A stretch of 64,000 bases of DNA from a virus. Taxonomy: Duplodnaviria > Caudoviricetes. The DNA lies in IMG/VR virus record IMGVR_UViG_3300021426_000063, positions 128,001 to 192,000 of that record, one strand, 5' to 3'. The notes beneath the pieces were generated by a model. The model ran no database searches, was not told the DNA's origin, and saw only the letters and a program-made list of their open reading frames with translations. The translations under genes were made by a program, and so were the position numbers. Below are positions 40,772-49,614 of the stretch, piece by piece (position 1 is the first letter of the stretch; every line of letters starts with the position of its first letter).

Positions 40772-40891
40772 TTACTTCTTTACATCACTAACAGGTTCTT
40801 CTGTTTTGAGTTTCTTCAAGATGTCTTTCTTTTTATGTTTGGTTCTTTTGAAAGACCATCCACCATTTCTTGTTTTGATAATCTTAAACAT
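40772..40891 (-). CDS. Small basic protein (39 aa; not in ORF track)
   Basis: MFKIIKTRNGGWSFKRTKHKKKDILKKLKTEEPVSDVKK; fills the gap in the early operon. Confidence 0.5.
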   Translation of the reverse strand: MFKIIKTRNGGWSFKRTKHKKKDILKKLKTEEPVSDVKK

Positions 40892-40897
40892 AATCTC

Positions 40898-41098
40898 TTA
40901 CATTACAGCAACATAATCACCAGTCATAAAGGCAGAATCATAATAGACTCTTTCAATCTCATCTGCAAAGGGGAATCCAGACTTGGGATAGACAGTTGTC
41001 AGAACCATATCCCTCTTTTCATCAATCCCTCTTACTTCAAAGTGGTCGATGTTACTGGAGAAAGTAGGTTTAAATTTAAATCCGATTTTGTACTTCAT
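40898..41098 (-). CDS. Small hypothetical early protein
   Basis: Start re-called at ATG 41098 (MKYKIGF) downstream of a host-type promoter. Confidence 0.6.
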   Translation of the reverse strand: MKYKIGFKFKPTFSSNIDHFEVRGIDEKRDMVLTTVYPKSGFPFADEIERVYYDSAFMTGDYVAVM

Positions 41099-41124
41099 AT
41101 TATTTTGTAATTTGTTTTCTATTA

Positions 41125-41156
41125 CAAAGATAATATATTTTTTTGAAATATCCAAA
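41125..41156 (-). promoter_or_regulatory. Bacteroidota-type (early) promoter
   Basis: TTTG-N20-TATCTTTG. Confidence 0.75.
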
Positions 41157-41202
41157 TTTAATTTAATCTCATAAATAATTTATAGTATTAAACTGTATTT
41201 TT

Positions 41203-43458
41203 ATGGATAGATTAGAAAACATCAAAAAGTTTGATGAATATATGAATGTCCTCAATGAAGACCTTATTCATGGTGAACAAAAAGATTGTGATAGAGCATT
41301 CATAAGAAGTACTCCAATAATTGACTTTGGTAATGGTGATAAGGTTAAAGCAATTGAAATTGTCAATGCTGTACATGAAGCAACCAGATTATTGGAAGTT
41401 AATCATGGTAGGACATATGAATTTGCAGAGAATACATTGAACATCATTTATCTTGCACATAGTAATAAGATTAAAACTATGGCAGTTGATAAATATATGA
41501 ATCTTTATATGAATGCAGGTTTCATTTATCATAATTTGAAAATGGACCCAGAACTTATAGGTGCAGTAATTATGCATGAGGCTCTTCATGCTCTTTATGA
41601 CCATATTGACAGAAGTATAAACTGGTTGTCTGCAAAAGGAAAACCAAAGACACCAAGTAATTGGCATGATACTAATCTTGCTGCTGATGTTGAGGTGAAC
41701 AGAACATTAACCCGTATTGGAGTTATAGAAGAAGATAGACTTATTAATGAGATACATGGTTTGTATCTTAAACAGTTGGATAGATCAACTGGTGTTGTAC
41801 CTCTTGAAATGATACTTGATAATGAAGAGTATATGCAGAAATTGAGGGAGATGTGTCCTCCTGATCCAGATCCAACGAAGATGCCTTCTACTCCTGAAAC
41901 TGAAATTGAAACAACAGAAGATTGGGATAATGGATACAAAGATGCCTGGAATAAGGTTGCTGAACTTATTAGAAAGTATGGTGCCAAAGGTGCCTGGGAG
42001 AAACTTATGGATGCTGGTGTTGTGAATGGTGTTGGTGAAATCTATACTAATAAAGAGATAGATGATATTATGGGACTTGAGTTTTTAACTGTCAAGTCTA
42101 TGGAGGATTTTATAAATGAAGACCTTAAAGTTGAACCATCAGATAAAGGAAAAACATATAAAGATGGATTTATGAATGCTTTTGGTAAGTTGGTGAATGC
42201 ACTTTATACATCCATTAATCCACCAGATGATTGGGATGATGAAGGAAGTGATGGTCCAGAACCTTCAGGTGGAAAAAAGTTTAAATCAAAGATGAAGAAG
42301 GATGAACTTGATCCAATTAATTTACCACAACCAAAAGGAAAAAAGAAAAAGAAGAAAGATTCAGATGATGATGGTGTGCCTGAAAATATAAATGGTGGTT
42401 ATGATGATAATGAACTTGAAAATGATATAGACAAGAAGACTAATGGAGGTGAGAATAAGATTACAACAAAACAAGATGTTGAGTTTGGTGGAAGAAAAGG
42501 TGTTGGAGGTACAGGTTCATTCCAGGAGGAAGGTTTGTCAGATGATGAATTGAAGAATTCAGGATATAGCACAGAAGACCTTGAAAAGGTTAATAAGGTA
42601 AGAGAGAATAATAAATTCAAAAATACAAAGGCTGGTATTGAGAAAAAGATTGAAAGGATGAAGAGAAATCTTCCTCCAGGTCATCCTATTAAGAAGACTC
42701 TTGATGCAATTGAAGTTGAGGCCAGTAAGTATAGGAATATCTGGAAAAAGATTCTTAAAGAATTTATGGCCCAGAAAACAAGAAGGGCAGGAACTGATAA
42801 ATCAACTGGACACAATGACTGGATAAGAAAGAAGTCAATTGCCAGGGGAGAATATGGTATACATCATCAGAAGACTGCACAGGATCCACAGGATGTGAAT
42901 ATATATGTTGATGTATCTGGTTCAATGGATGCTGAACTTCTTGAAATCATTGCAAAATCATTGGTCATCTATACACAACAATGGAAATATTCTGGAATAA
43001 ATGTTTGTCCTTGGGCATCTTATAGTGGAGGTGTACATAATGTTGGAGACTTCTATAAGAAAACCGAAGCACAGGTTACAAAGGAAATCCTTGATATTAT
43101 AGATGAAGGTAAATATAAATGTGGTGGAGGTACATCAGGAGATGCTGCCATAGATTCAATGGTTGATTCTGTTGTTGAAACATTGAGTGATTCTAAAAAG
43201 AAGAAGAAAGATGATATCCATGTTGTGATTACTGATGGCTATTTTGATTTTGAAAATATTGAAAACAGAATCAAACAAGCACTTAAATCTGAGATTAATA
43301 GAGATGATGTTGCAGCAAAAGCACCAAAGAATACAATATGGATGATATATAATGACACTGGTGATTTTAGTGAGTCATTTAAAGATGGATGGAATAATGA
43401 GATTAAAGAAGGTAGAATCATTTTTATTAACTCAAATGTAGTTAAGAATAATGGATAA
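41203..43458 (+). CDS. Metallopeptidase (DUF2201-like) + acidic linker + VWA domain protein
   Basis: TMAVD, HEALH, N.AAD.EVN; MIDAS DVSGSM, GGGT, VITDG; CATAAATA at 41170-41177. Confidence 0.85.
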   Translation: MDRLENIKKFDEYMNVLNEDLIHGEQKDCDRAFIRSTPIIDFGNGDKVKAIEIVNAVHEATRLLEVNHGRTYEFAENTLNIIYLAHSNKIKTMAVDKYMNLYMNAGFIYHNLKMDPELIGAVIMHEALHALYDHIDRSINWLSAKGKPKTPSNWHDTNLAADVEVNRTLTRIGVIEEDRLINEIHGLYLKQLDRSTGVVPLEMILDNEEYMQKLREMCPPDPDPTKMPSTPETEIETTEDWDNGYKDAWNKVAELIRKYGAKGAWEKLMDAGVVNGVGEIYTNKEIDDIMGLEFLTVKSMEDFINEDLKVEPSDKGKTYKDGFMNAFGKLVNALYTSINPPDDWDDEGSDGPEPSGGKKFKSKMKKDELDPINLPQPKGKKKKKKDSDDDGVPENINGGYDDNELENDIDKKTNGGENKITTKQDVEFGGRKGVGGTGSFQEEGLSDDELKNSGYSTEDLEKVNKVRENNKFKNTKAGIEKKIERMKRNLPPGHPIKKTLDAIEVEASKYRNIWKKILKEFMAQKTRRAGTDKSTGHNDWIRKKSIARGEYGIHHQKTAQDPQDVNIYVDVSGSMDAELLEIIAKSLVIYTQQWKYSGINVCPWASYSGGVHNVGDFYKKTEAQVTKEILDIIDEGKYKCGGGTSGDAAIDSMVDSVVETLSDSKKKKKDDIHVVITDGYFDFENIENRIKQALKSEINRDDVAAKAPKNTIWMIYNDTGDFSESFKDGWNNEIKEGRIIFINSNVVKNNG

Positions 43459-43493
43459 TTAAACATAAATAAACTATATAAAGTATTTGTACT

Positions 43494-45686
43494 ATGAAAA
43501 ATTTAATGAGTAGAAATGAATATCTTCAGAATGTTGAAGAAGGTTTCATCAAAGATACTATTAAGAAAGGATGGGAAAAGGTGAAGTCTTTCTTCAAACT
43601 TGGATATAAGAAGGTTAAGGATTTCATTGCTGTTATTGATGGGGCTGGTAATGTACTTCCAGTTGTTTCATTTTCAGCAACCATTGATAGGATTGCTGAT
43701 ATGACAGGTGTTGATGTATTTGCACCTTCAATGATTTCAGATTTTGTTGTTGAGGCAGGAGGTAATGGTTGTGAAGAGAAAGCGCCATTGATAGAAGATG
43801 ATGAGATTTACAACTATGGACCTAATGGTCGTGAAGAGTTTGCATCTTGGATGAAAGACAAGAAATATAAGGAAGAACCAGAGTATAAGAATATGATGAC
43901 TCTTACCAAGATGATGGCAGAGAGTAATGGTGTATCAGAAGAAGAGTTTAACAAACTCTTTGAAGATTGGGAAGGAGTTAAAAATGCCAGAGTGAAGTTT
44001 GAGGATGATCAAGAATTAAAGGGAGCAAGAAAAATACATGCTGATAAATTTTCACAGATTCTTAATAAGAAATTAAATGACTGGTCTGTCAGGAGAGGTA
44101 AGGGAAGTGTTGAGATTGATGCCAATGGTAGGAGAAGAGAAGGTGGAGTTATGTCAAACATCTTGGTGTTTGGTGCTCCGGGTATTGGTAAATCAACTGT
44201 ACCAAATGCTGTTATTAAAGAGTATAACAGTCGTGTTACAAATCCAGAAGATATGATTTCATTGATTAATATTAACTGTGCAAACATTGATGAAGGTGAT
44301 TTTATGATGCCTACAATGCCAAGAGAAGTTAATATCACAGATGAGATTGAAAATTTCAAGGATGCATTCCCACAGGCAAGTGCTGAACTTGAAAAACTTT
44401 CTCCTGCACAAAAAGAGAAACTTGCAAATGTAATTTATCATAGTAATCAGTTTAAGGCAACAGATGCACCTAAATCCTGGTTACCTTCATATAGAAAGAC
44501 AGGTAATGATTTCATTGATAAACTTCTTAATGATGCCGCCAATGGTGGTGTATATAGTAATGATGATGGTTCAGTGAAAGTTGGTGGTGGTGGTATCATC
44601 CTTCTTGATGAGTTCCTCAGATGTAAACCTGGTGTGTTTGGTCAGTTGATGAACTTTTTGAATGATAGAACACTCAATGGTTGGGTACTTGGTGACAGAT
44701 GGACAATCATTGCTTGCTCTAACAGACCTTGTGATGATGGTGAAGTTGCAGAAGCATGGGGTAACTTCCATATAGCAGGTAAAGATAGATGGGGACATAT
44801 GTATCAATTGATTCCAACAGCAGAAGAATGGAAAGAATGGGTAAGAAGTAAAGGTTGGGATGAACTTCTTCTTGAATTTATTTTTGAAGATAGTGAAGAA
44901 TCAATGGCAGGTAAAGAGTATGCAAGATGGCATAGTGGTGTCTTGAATGGTGCAGAAGCAAGTAGTCAGGTGAAACCTATTACTCCCCGTGAATGGGAAC
45001 GTGTGTTCAGAGAATTGACAGAGTATGAAATTGAAAATGGTTACAGTGATATTTCAGAAATGACTATGGAAGAAATTGATGATATATTGGGTGGTGCTTT
45101 TGATGATGATTTTGTAGAAGAAATTAAGGATTGGTTGGAAGACCACAAGGATAAGATTGACCTTGATAAAGTTATGAATAATCCAGAAGATGTTTATATG
45201 CCAAAACAGTTCATCAATGACCCTGCAAAGGCACTTATACTTATTCAAAGTCTTTATAAGGATTTTGCTAGAAGATATAAAGATGACATTGATGGATTTA
45301 CAGATGAGCAACTTGCTAACATATGCTTATGGTTAGGTATTAATTATAAAGATGATTATCAAAATGTATATGGATTTGTTGATAAACTCACAAAGACTGT
45401 ATTGAAAGATAAATCAGATCATAATATTACTAATTACATAAAGACTATGCAAGTATTGATGGCAGGATATCCTTTGAAAGGTTTTGAAGAAGATGTTGAA
45501 TATGGAGAACAAAATCAAAATTGGCCAGAAGGAAGTCTTGAAATTATCAAAGACCTTATGCGAAAATATTTCCCTTGGAGAATTGATGGTGATAAGATTA
45601 ATTACTTTGATAATTTTGATATGAGTGAAGTTGAAAAATATTCTGCAAAAATCAATACAATTGGTGATAAAGTAGAAACAGAATAA
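43494..45686 (+). CDS. MoxR-like AAA+ ATPase
   Basis: Walker A GAPGIGKS, Walker B ILLLDEF, IACSNR, TPREWE; partner of the VWA gene; CATAAATA at 43464-43471. Confidence 0.85.
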   Translation: MKNLMSRNEYLQNVEEGFIKDTIKKGWEKVKSFFKLGYKKVKDFIAVIDGAGNVLPVVSFSATIDRIADMTGVDVFAPSMISDFVVEAGGNGCEEKAPLIEDDEIYNYGPNGREEFASWMKDKKYKEEPEYKNMMTLTKMMAESNGVSEEEFNKLFEDWEGVKNARVKFEDDQELKGARKIHADKFSQILNKKLNDWSVRRGKGSVEIDANGRRREGGVMSNILVFGAPGIGKSTVPNAVIKEYNSRVTNPEDMISLININCANIDEGDFMMPTMPREVNITDEIENFKDAFPQASAELEKLSPAQKEKLANVIYHSNQFKATDAPKSWLPSYRKTGNDFIDKLLNDAANGGVYSNDDGSVKVGGGGIILLDEFLRCKPGVFGQLMNFLNDRTLNGWVLGDRWTIIACSNRPCDDGEVAEAWGNFHIAGKDRWGHMYQLIPTAEEWKEWVRSKGWDELLLEFIFEDSEESMAGKEYARWHSGVLNGAEASSQVKPITPREWERVFRELTEYEIENGYSDISEMTMEEIDDILGGAFDDDFVEEIKDWLEDHKDKIDLDKVMNNPEDVYMPKQFINDPAKALILIQSLYKDFARRYKDDIDGFTDEQLANICLWLGINYKDDYQNVYGFVDKLTKTVLKDKSDHNITNYIKTMQVLMAGYPLKGFEEDVEYGEQNQNWPEGSLEIIKDLMRKYFPWRIDGDKINYFDNFDMSEVEKYSAKINTIGDKVETE

Positions 45687-45691
45687 AAACA

Positions 45692-45721
45692 AAAAGAGAG
45701 AACCAAACAGTTCTCTCTTTT
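45692..45721. terminator. Bidirectional intrinsic terminator
   Basis: AAAAGAGAGAAC-caaaca-GTTCTCTCTTTT. Confidence 0.85.
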
Positions 45722-45906
45722 TATTTGTTTTGATCTGTGATGAGTATTTCTGATTCACATATCTTTGTACTCTCACTCAATTCTTTCTGGAATGGTCTGT
45801 CAATATAGATACCAATCTTGAAACCATTACCCACATCCATTTGAATGGGTGTGATATGAATCCTCATATTCTTTTTGAGGAATCTTATGAGTTCATCTTC
45901 ATCCAT
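45721..45906 (-). CDS. Small hypothetical protein
   Basis: 61 aa, coupled to the upstream gene. Confidence 0.6.
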   Translation of the reverse strand: MDEDELIRFLKKNMRIHITPIQMDVGNGFKIGIYIDRPFQKELSESTKICESEILITDQNK

Positions 45907-46295
45907 TAGTCACCAAAATCTATTTCATAGATAGTATCTTCCTTACCAATCTCCCAGAACTTGAATGTTCCACACTTGGTATAATGGTAAGCTTTCATAC
46001 TGATTTCACCATTCTTCTTTGCCTCTTTGAGCAAAGGGAACACCTTGTTACTGTATTTCTGTGAATAAGATCCTTCTATGATGTCATACCCAACAATATA
46101 TGCATCTGCTTCAACAGTAACAGTTTCTTTTCTTAATTTATTATACTGTTGTATAAAGTGAATCTTAACAGGTAGGTTCTCTATCTGTTTGTGTTCTTCA
46201 ATGTAATCTTTCTTCAACTGGGTAAGTTCCCGTTTGAGTTGAATCATCTGTGCTGTCTTCTTTGTATGAAGATCAATATATTCTTCTCTTGTCAT
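45906..46295 (-). CDS. Hypothetical early protein
   Basis: 129 aa, immediately after a host-type promoter. Confidence 0.7.
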   Translation of the reverse strand: MTREEYIDLHTKKTAQMIQLKRELTQLKKDYIEEHKQIENLPVKIHFIQQYNKLRKETVTVEADAYIVGYDIIEGSYSQKYSNKVFPLLKEAKKNGEISMKAYHYTKCGTFKFWEIGKEDTIYEIDFGD

Positions 46296-46302
46296 ACTAC
46301 TA

Positions 46303-46334
46303 CAAATATAATGAAAATAATTTGCTTATCCAAA
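46303..46334 (-). promoter_or_regulatory. Bacteroidota-type (early) promoter
   Basis: TTTG-N20-TATATTTG. Confidence 0.75.
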
Positions 46335-46339
46335 TAATT

Positions 46340-47473
46340 TTAGATAAGCATTGCATCAAACTCATCATCAGAGAAACATTTTTCTATCTCATCAATATTG
46401 AAAAGGTTCTTCTTCTGAAGGTCATTGACATCTTTTATTGTTTCCTTGGTATTGATTGTTTTGAGATATTGTCCCCATAGGAACACAGGTTTGTGTTCTT
46501 TGAGTTTCTTCAATGATTTCTCTCTTCCAGTCTTGTCATTGTCAAACAGATATCTCACAGTCTCCACCTCATCAAAGAATCCATCCAGATGCTTGGCAGC
46601 ACTCTGTAAGGCAATGGAGTTCGCTATCGCAAGTGAATCAATAGGACCCTCCATAATGGTGAGAGGTTGACTCATATTGACATTCATAATATTGAAAAGA
46701 CCGGACAGTCTGTCAAGATTGGCCACAATGTTCTCAATACCATCCTCTTCATCAATGTACTTCTGACCAAGTGGTTCTTTAAGTAGAAGTCTTTCTACAA
46801 TACCATTGATGTCCTTGTTGAACACATCTGAATATATCTTTGTCAATCTACTTGACATATATCTCTGCTTATTGGATTTAGGATCCAGTTGTCTTATCTG
46901 ATAACCTATCACCCTATCAGATGGAGATATGTTCAGGATATAGAGTTCCATTGTTGAAGGATTGTATGCAAAGTACTTCCAATCCTGGATACCAATCATC
47001 CTTGATTTGAGATAGTTTGATACTTCCTGGTTCTTATAAGGAGAGATGATTCCCAGTTGTTTGAAGAGTATCATCTTTGGTATTGCCAGTTTATCAAGGA
47101 GAGTCATTGACATTGATGCCTGGTTTCCTGATACTTTCCTCTCAAACTTCTTTGCATTCTGTTGGATTTCATGGATAACAACCCTATCATCAATGGACAG
47201 TTCTTCACCAAAGTCTGAAAGAAGTCTATTTACACCAGTAGAGTGTGAGCAATTGAAACAATGATACCTGAGAGAATCAAGATAAAGGTTTCCTCTCTTC
47301 TTTCTTACATCAGTTCTGCTATCATTGCAGTAGACACAAGCAAAGTTAAGTCTATCATGATAGACATCAATCTTTCTTTTGATATAACTATCATTTGCAA
47401 ACTTCTTATTTAATATGTTCTGAATTTTACCTTTGATATTTTCAATGGTTGTATTCTCTGAATCTGTCATCAT
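46340..47473 (-). CDS. T4 gp61-like DNA primase
   Basis: Zn ribbon NFACVYCNDS...RG...YHCFNC; TOPRIM MEGPIDS, FDND, KDVND; start re-called at ATG 47473. Confidence 0.88.
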   Translation of the reverse strand: MMTDSENTTIENIKGKIQNILNKKFANDSYIKRKIDVYHDRLNFACVYCNDSRTDVRKKRGNLYLDSLRYHCFNCSHSTGVNRLLSDFGEELSIDDRVVIHEIQQNAKKFERKVSGNQASMSMTLLDKLAIPKMILFKQLGIISPYKNQEVSNYLKSRMIGIQDWKYFAYNPSTMELYILNISPSDRVIGYQIRQLDPKSNKQRYMSSRLTKIYSDVFNKDINGIVERLLLKEPLGQKYIDEEDGIENIVANLDRLSGLFNIMNVNMSQPLTIMEGPIDSLAIANSIALQSAAKHLDGFFDEVETVRYLFDNDKTGREKSLKKLKEHKPVFLWGQYLKTINTKETIKDVNDLQKKNLFNIDEIEKCFSDDEFDAMLI

Positions 47474-47708
47474 AAACTGAATCATAAATGTCCTGGAGAC
47501 TAAACTGACCATACTTGGAATGAAGTTCAGACATCATTCCATCTTCTTTCTCTTTGATTGATTTCAAGGTTTTTTCAAGTTCAATGACCTTATCTTGAAT
47601 CTCTTCTGCTTTCTTTTGATATACAAACAGTTCTTCAGAGACATTCCTGTACTCTTCAACAATGTCTCTGATTTCTTTTGATTCCTGTTCTGTGAAGTTA
47701 ATCTTCAT
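47442..47708 (-). CDS. Small coiled-coil protein
   Basis: 88 aa, heptad pattern ending ...L..KYG. Confidence 0.65.
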   Translation of the reverse strand: MKINFTEQESKEIRDIVEEYRNVSEELFVYQKKAEEIQDKVIELEKTLKSIKEKEDGMMSELHSKYGQFSLQDIYDSVYDDRFREYNH

Positions 47709-47970
47709 CTTTTACAATCTTTGCAAAAACAAATCCTTCCTTTATACAATCATATTTTACACCATCTATCTTGATTGGTGTTGACCTGCCAATAGGTTTT
47801 ACAATGATGTCACCTTCTTTGAGTATTGAACCATCATATACTTTCAACACCCTGGCAAATCTGTTGTATTGTTCATCTGGTATATATAAACCAGATTTAG
47901 TTATATTCTCATTCTTTATGTCCTGGATGAGTATATAACCATTCTTCATTTCTATTGGTATGTTATTCAT
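47698..47970 (-). CDS. GroES-like co-chaperonin
   Basis: Mobile loop TKSGLYIP, LKEGD.IV, IKIDG.KY..I.E..V.AKI. Confidence 0.75.
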   Translation of the reverse strand: MNNIPIEMKNGYILIQDIKNENITKSGLYIPDEQYNRFARVLKVYDGSILKEGDIIVKPIGRSTPIKIDGVKYDCIKEGFVFAKIVKDED

Positions 47971-48126
47971 ATTGTAAATATAACAAAAGACAATAACTTC
48001 TAAAAAAACATAATTTATTAATTGAAAAATATGTATTGAAAGTCCTAATATATTAGATATGTTGTTTTATAAAGATACTTATTTGTACTATTGTACATAA
48101 ATATTATATAAAAAAGTAAAGTTTAT

Positions 48127-48669
48127 ATGAATTATTATATAGCATTGGAGATGGTAGGATATTCATCTGTGAGTAGTTTCTTGAGTAGTCTTGGTGAAAA
48201 ACCAACATATGGTACTTGTGAAGATTTTTCAGATCCTTTTAATAGTTATACACCTGATAGCCAATTTCACAGTAGAAATACTGGTTCTAGTACTGGTCAA
48301 TGGTATCCATCTCCAAAATCCTATAGTGGAACAACATATGCATTATATAGAATTGATGGATATGAATTAGATAATTTTGATATAGGAACTCTTGCTGCCC
48401 GAGATGATATTCATAGTTCTCTTTGGTTATATGTGAATGATAGTGGTGCAAGTGGTGATCAGATAGTATATCTCAATAAATATGTTGCACCAACTTTAAC
48501 ATCTATATCAATTAAGATTGGAGGTTCATATGTGTCATCAAGTACAAGTATAAAGGTAGGTGAACAAAAGGAAATACAAATAATTGGAAATTACAGTAAT
48601 GGTGAGACTAGGAATATCACTACTTCTGCATCATTGACACGTAGTAATACAAATATAAGTATTGTATAA
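48127..48669 (+). CDS. Unique domain + N-terminal part of a Big_2 Ig-like domain (candidate fibre tip A)
   Basis: C-terminus TLTSISIKIGG...SIKVGEQKEIQIIGNYSNGETRNITTSASLTRSNTNISIV*; own CATAAATA (48096-48103) and terminator. Confidence 0.75.
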   Translation: MNYYIALEMVGYSSVSSFLSSLGEKPTYGTCEDFSDPFNSYTPDSQFHSRNTGSSTGQWYPSPKSYSGTTYALYRIDGYELDNFDIGTLAARDDIHSSLWLYVNDSGASGDQIVYLNKYVAPTLTSISIKIGGSYVSSSTSIKVGEQKEIQIIGNYSNGETRNITTSASLTRSNTNISIV

Positions 48670-48673
48670 ATTA

Positions 48674-48702
48674 AGGACTTCTTTTTAGAAGTCTTTTTTT
48701 TT
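48674..48702 (+). terminator. Intrinsic terminator
   Basis: GACTTCT-tttt-AGAAGTC followed by a T9 run. Confidence 0.85.
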
Positions 48703-48767
48703 ATCCAGAAAATTCCAAATGATATTGCATAAATAACATATATTTAATAATTAGATTGTTTAGAGTT

Positions 48768-49274
48768 ATGGCAGCAGGAAGTGTTATTTGTGTTGAATCA
48801 AGTACAAGTTATATAAATACATTCAGAAATTCATATGGCAGTAATTTGACAGTGTATAATGGTGATGCTATAATTTATAATGTACCTACTAATGAATGGA
48901 TAAAAATTAAAACATTTAATAATAAATATTATGCTTGTGCTTATGTTGGTAGATTTGTAGGATCTTCAGCAAATTTAAATGTTATAAATTCTGGGTCTAA
49001 TACACCTAAAAAATGGGTATATGATACAAGTACAAGTATAGTTGACCCAGATTTTCAGGGAGGTATGACAATTACAGCATATTTATTAAAAGAATATGTC
49101 CCTGCTGTTACATCTATTTCAGTTACAGTAGGAGGTTCATCTGGAAGTACATCAGTTAAGGTAGATGAGCAAAAGGAGATTGTGGTTACAGCAAATTATG
49201 ATGATGGTTCTACTTCTACTGTAACACATAGTGCAACATTGACACCTAGTAATTCAAATATAAGTATTGTATAA
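48768..49274 (+). CDS. Unique domain + N-terminal part of a Big_2 Ig-like domain (candidate fibre tip B)
   Basis: C-terminus AVTSISVTVGG...SVKVDEQKEIVVTANYDDGSTSTVTHSATLTPSNSNISIV*; own CATAAATA (48728-48735) and terminator; start re-called at ATG 48768. Confidence 0.75.
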   Translation: MAAGSVICVESSTSYINTFRNSYGSNLTVYNGDAIIYNVPTNEWIKIKTFNNKYYACAYVGRFVGSSANLNVINSGSNTPKKWVYDTSTSIVDPDFQGGMTITAYLLKEYVPAVTSISVTVGGSSGSTSVKVDEQKEIVVTANYDDGSTSTVTHSATLTPSNSNISIV

Positions 49275-49296
49275 AAATCTTAATTATAATATATAT

Positions 49297-49330
49297 AAAT
49301 GACCTGTCTTATTTGACTGGTCATTTTTTT
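49297..49330 (+). terminator. Intrinsic terminator
   Basis: AAATGACC..GTC-loop-GAC..GGTCATTT followed by a T run. Confidence 0.75.
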
Positions 49331-49375
49331 ATTTCCCATAAATAACTTATATGAAAATAACATAAGTATATAGAT

Positions 49376-49597
49376 ATGGAAAATGACATTCAAACAATTT
49401 CCTATATCAATTTGGGAGATGGTCAGGAACACCCAATAGATGCTGTTTCAGTTGGTGGAAAACTTGGTGAAAATATCCAGGTGACCAATAATCTTGTTAC
49501 ATCTGTGAATTCAAGTTCATCAGATACACAATATCCATCTGCAAAATGTGTATATACATTGATAGGTGATATAGAAACTCTTTTGAGTAATATTTAA
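49376..49597 (+). CDS. Small fibre-associated protein
   Basis: 73 aa with SSDTQYPSAKCVY, a motif seen in phage fibre proteins; first gene after CATAAATA (49337-49344). Confidence 0.65.
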   Translation: MENDIQTISYINLGDGQEHPIDAVSVGGKLGENIQVTNNLVTSVNSSSSDTQYPSAKCVYTLIGDIETLLSNI

Positions 49598-49614
49598 AAA
49601 AAATGATTTAATTT

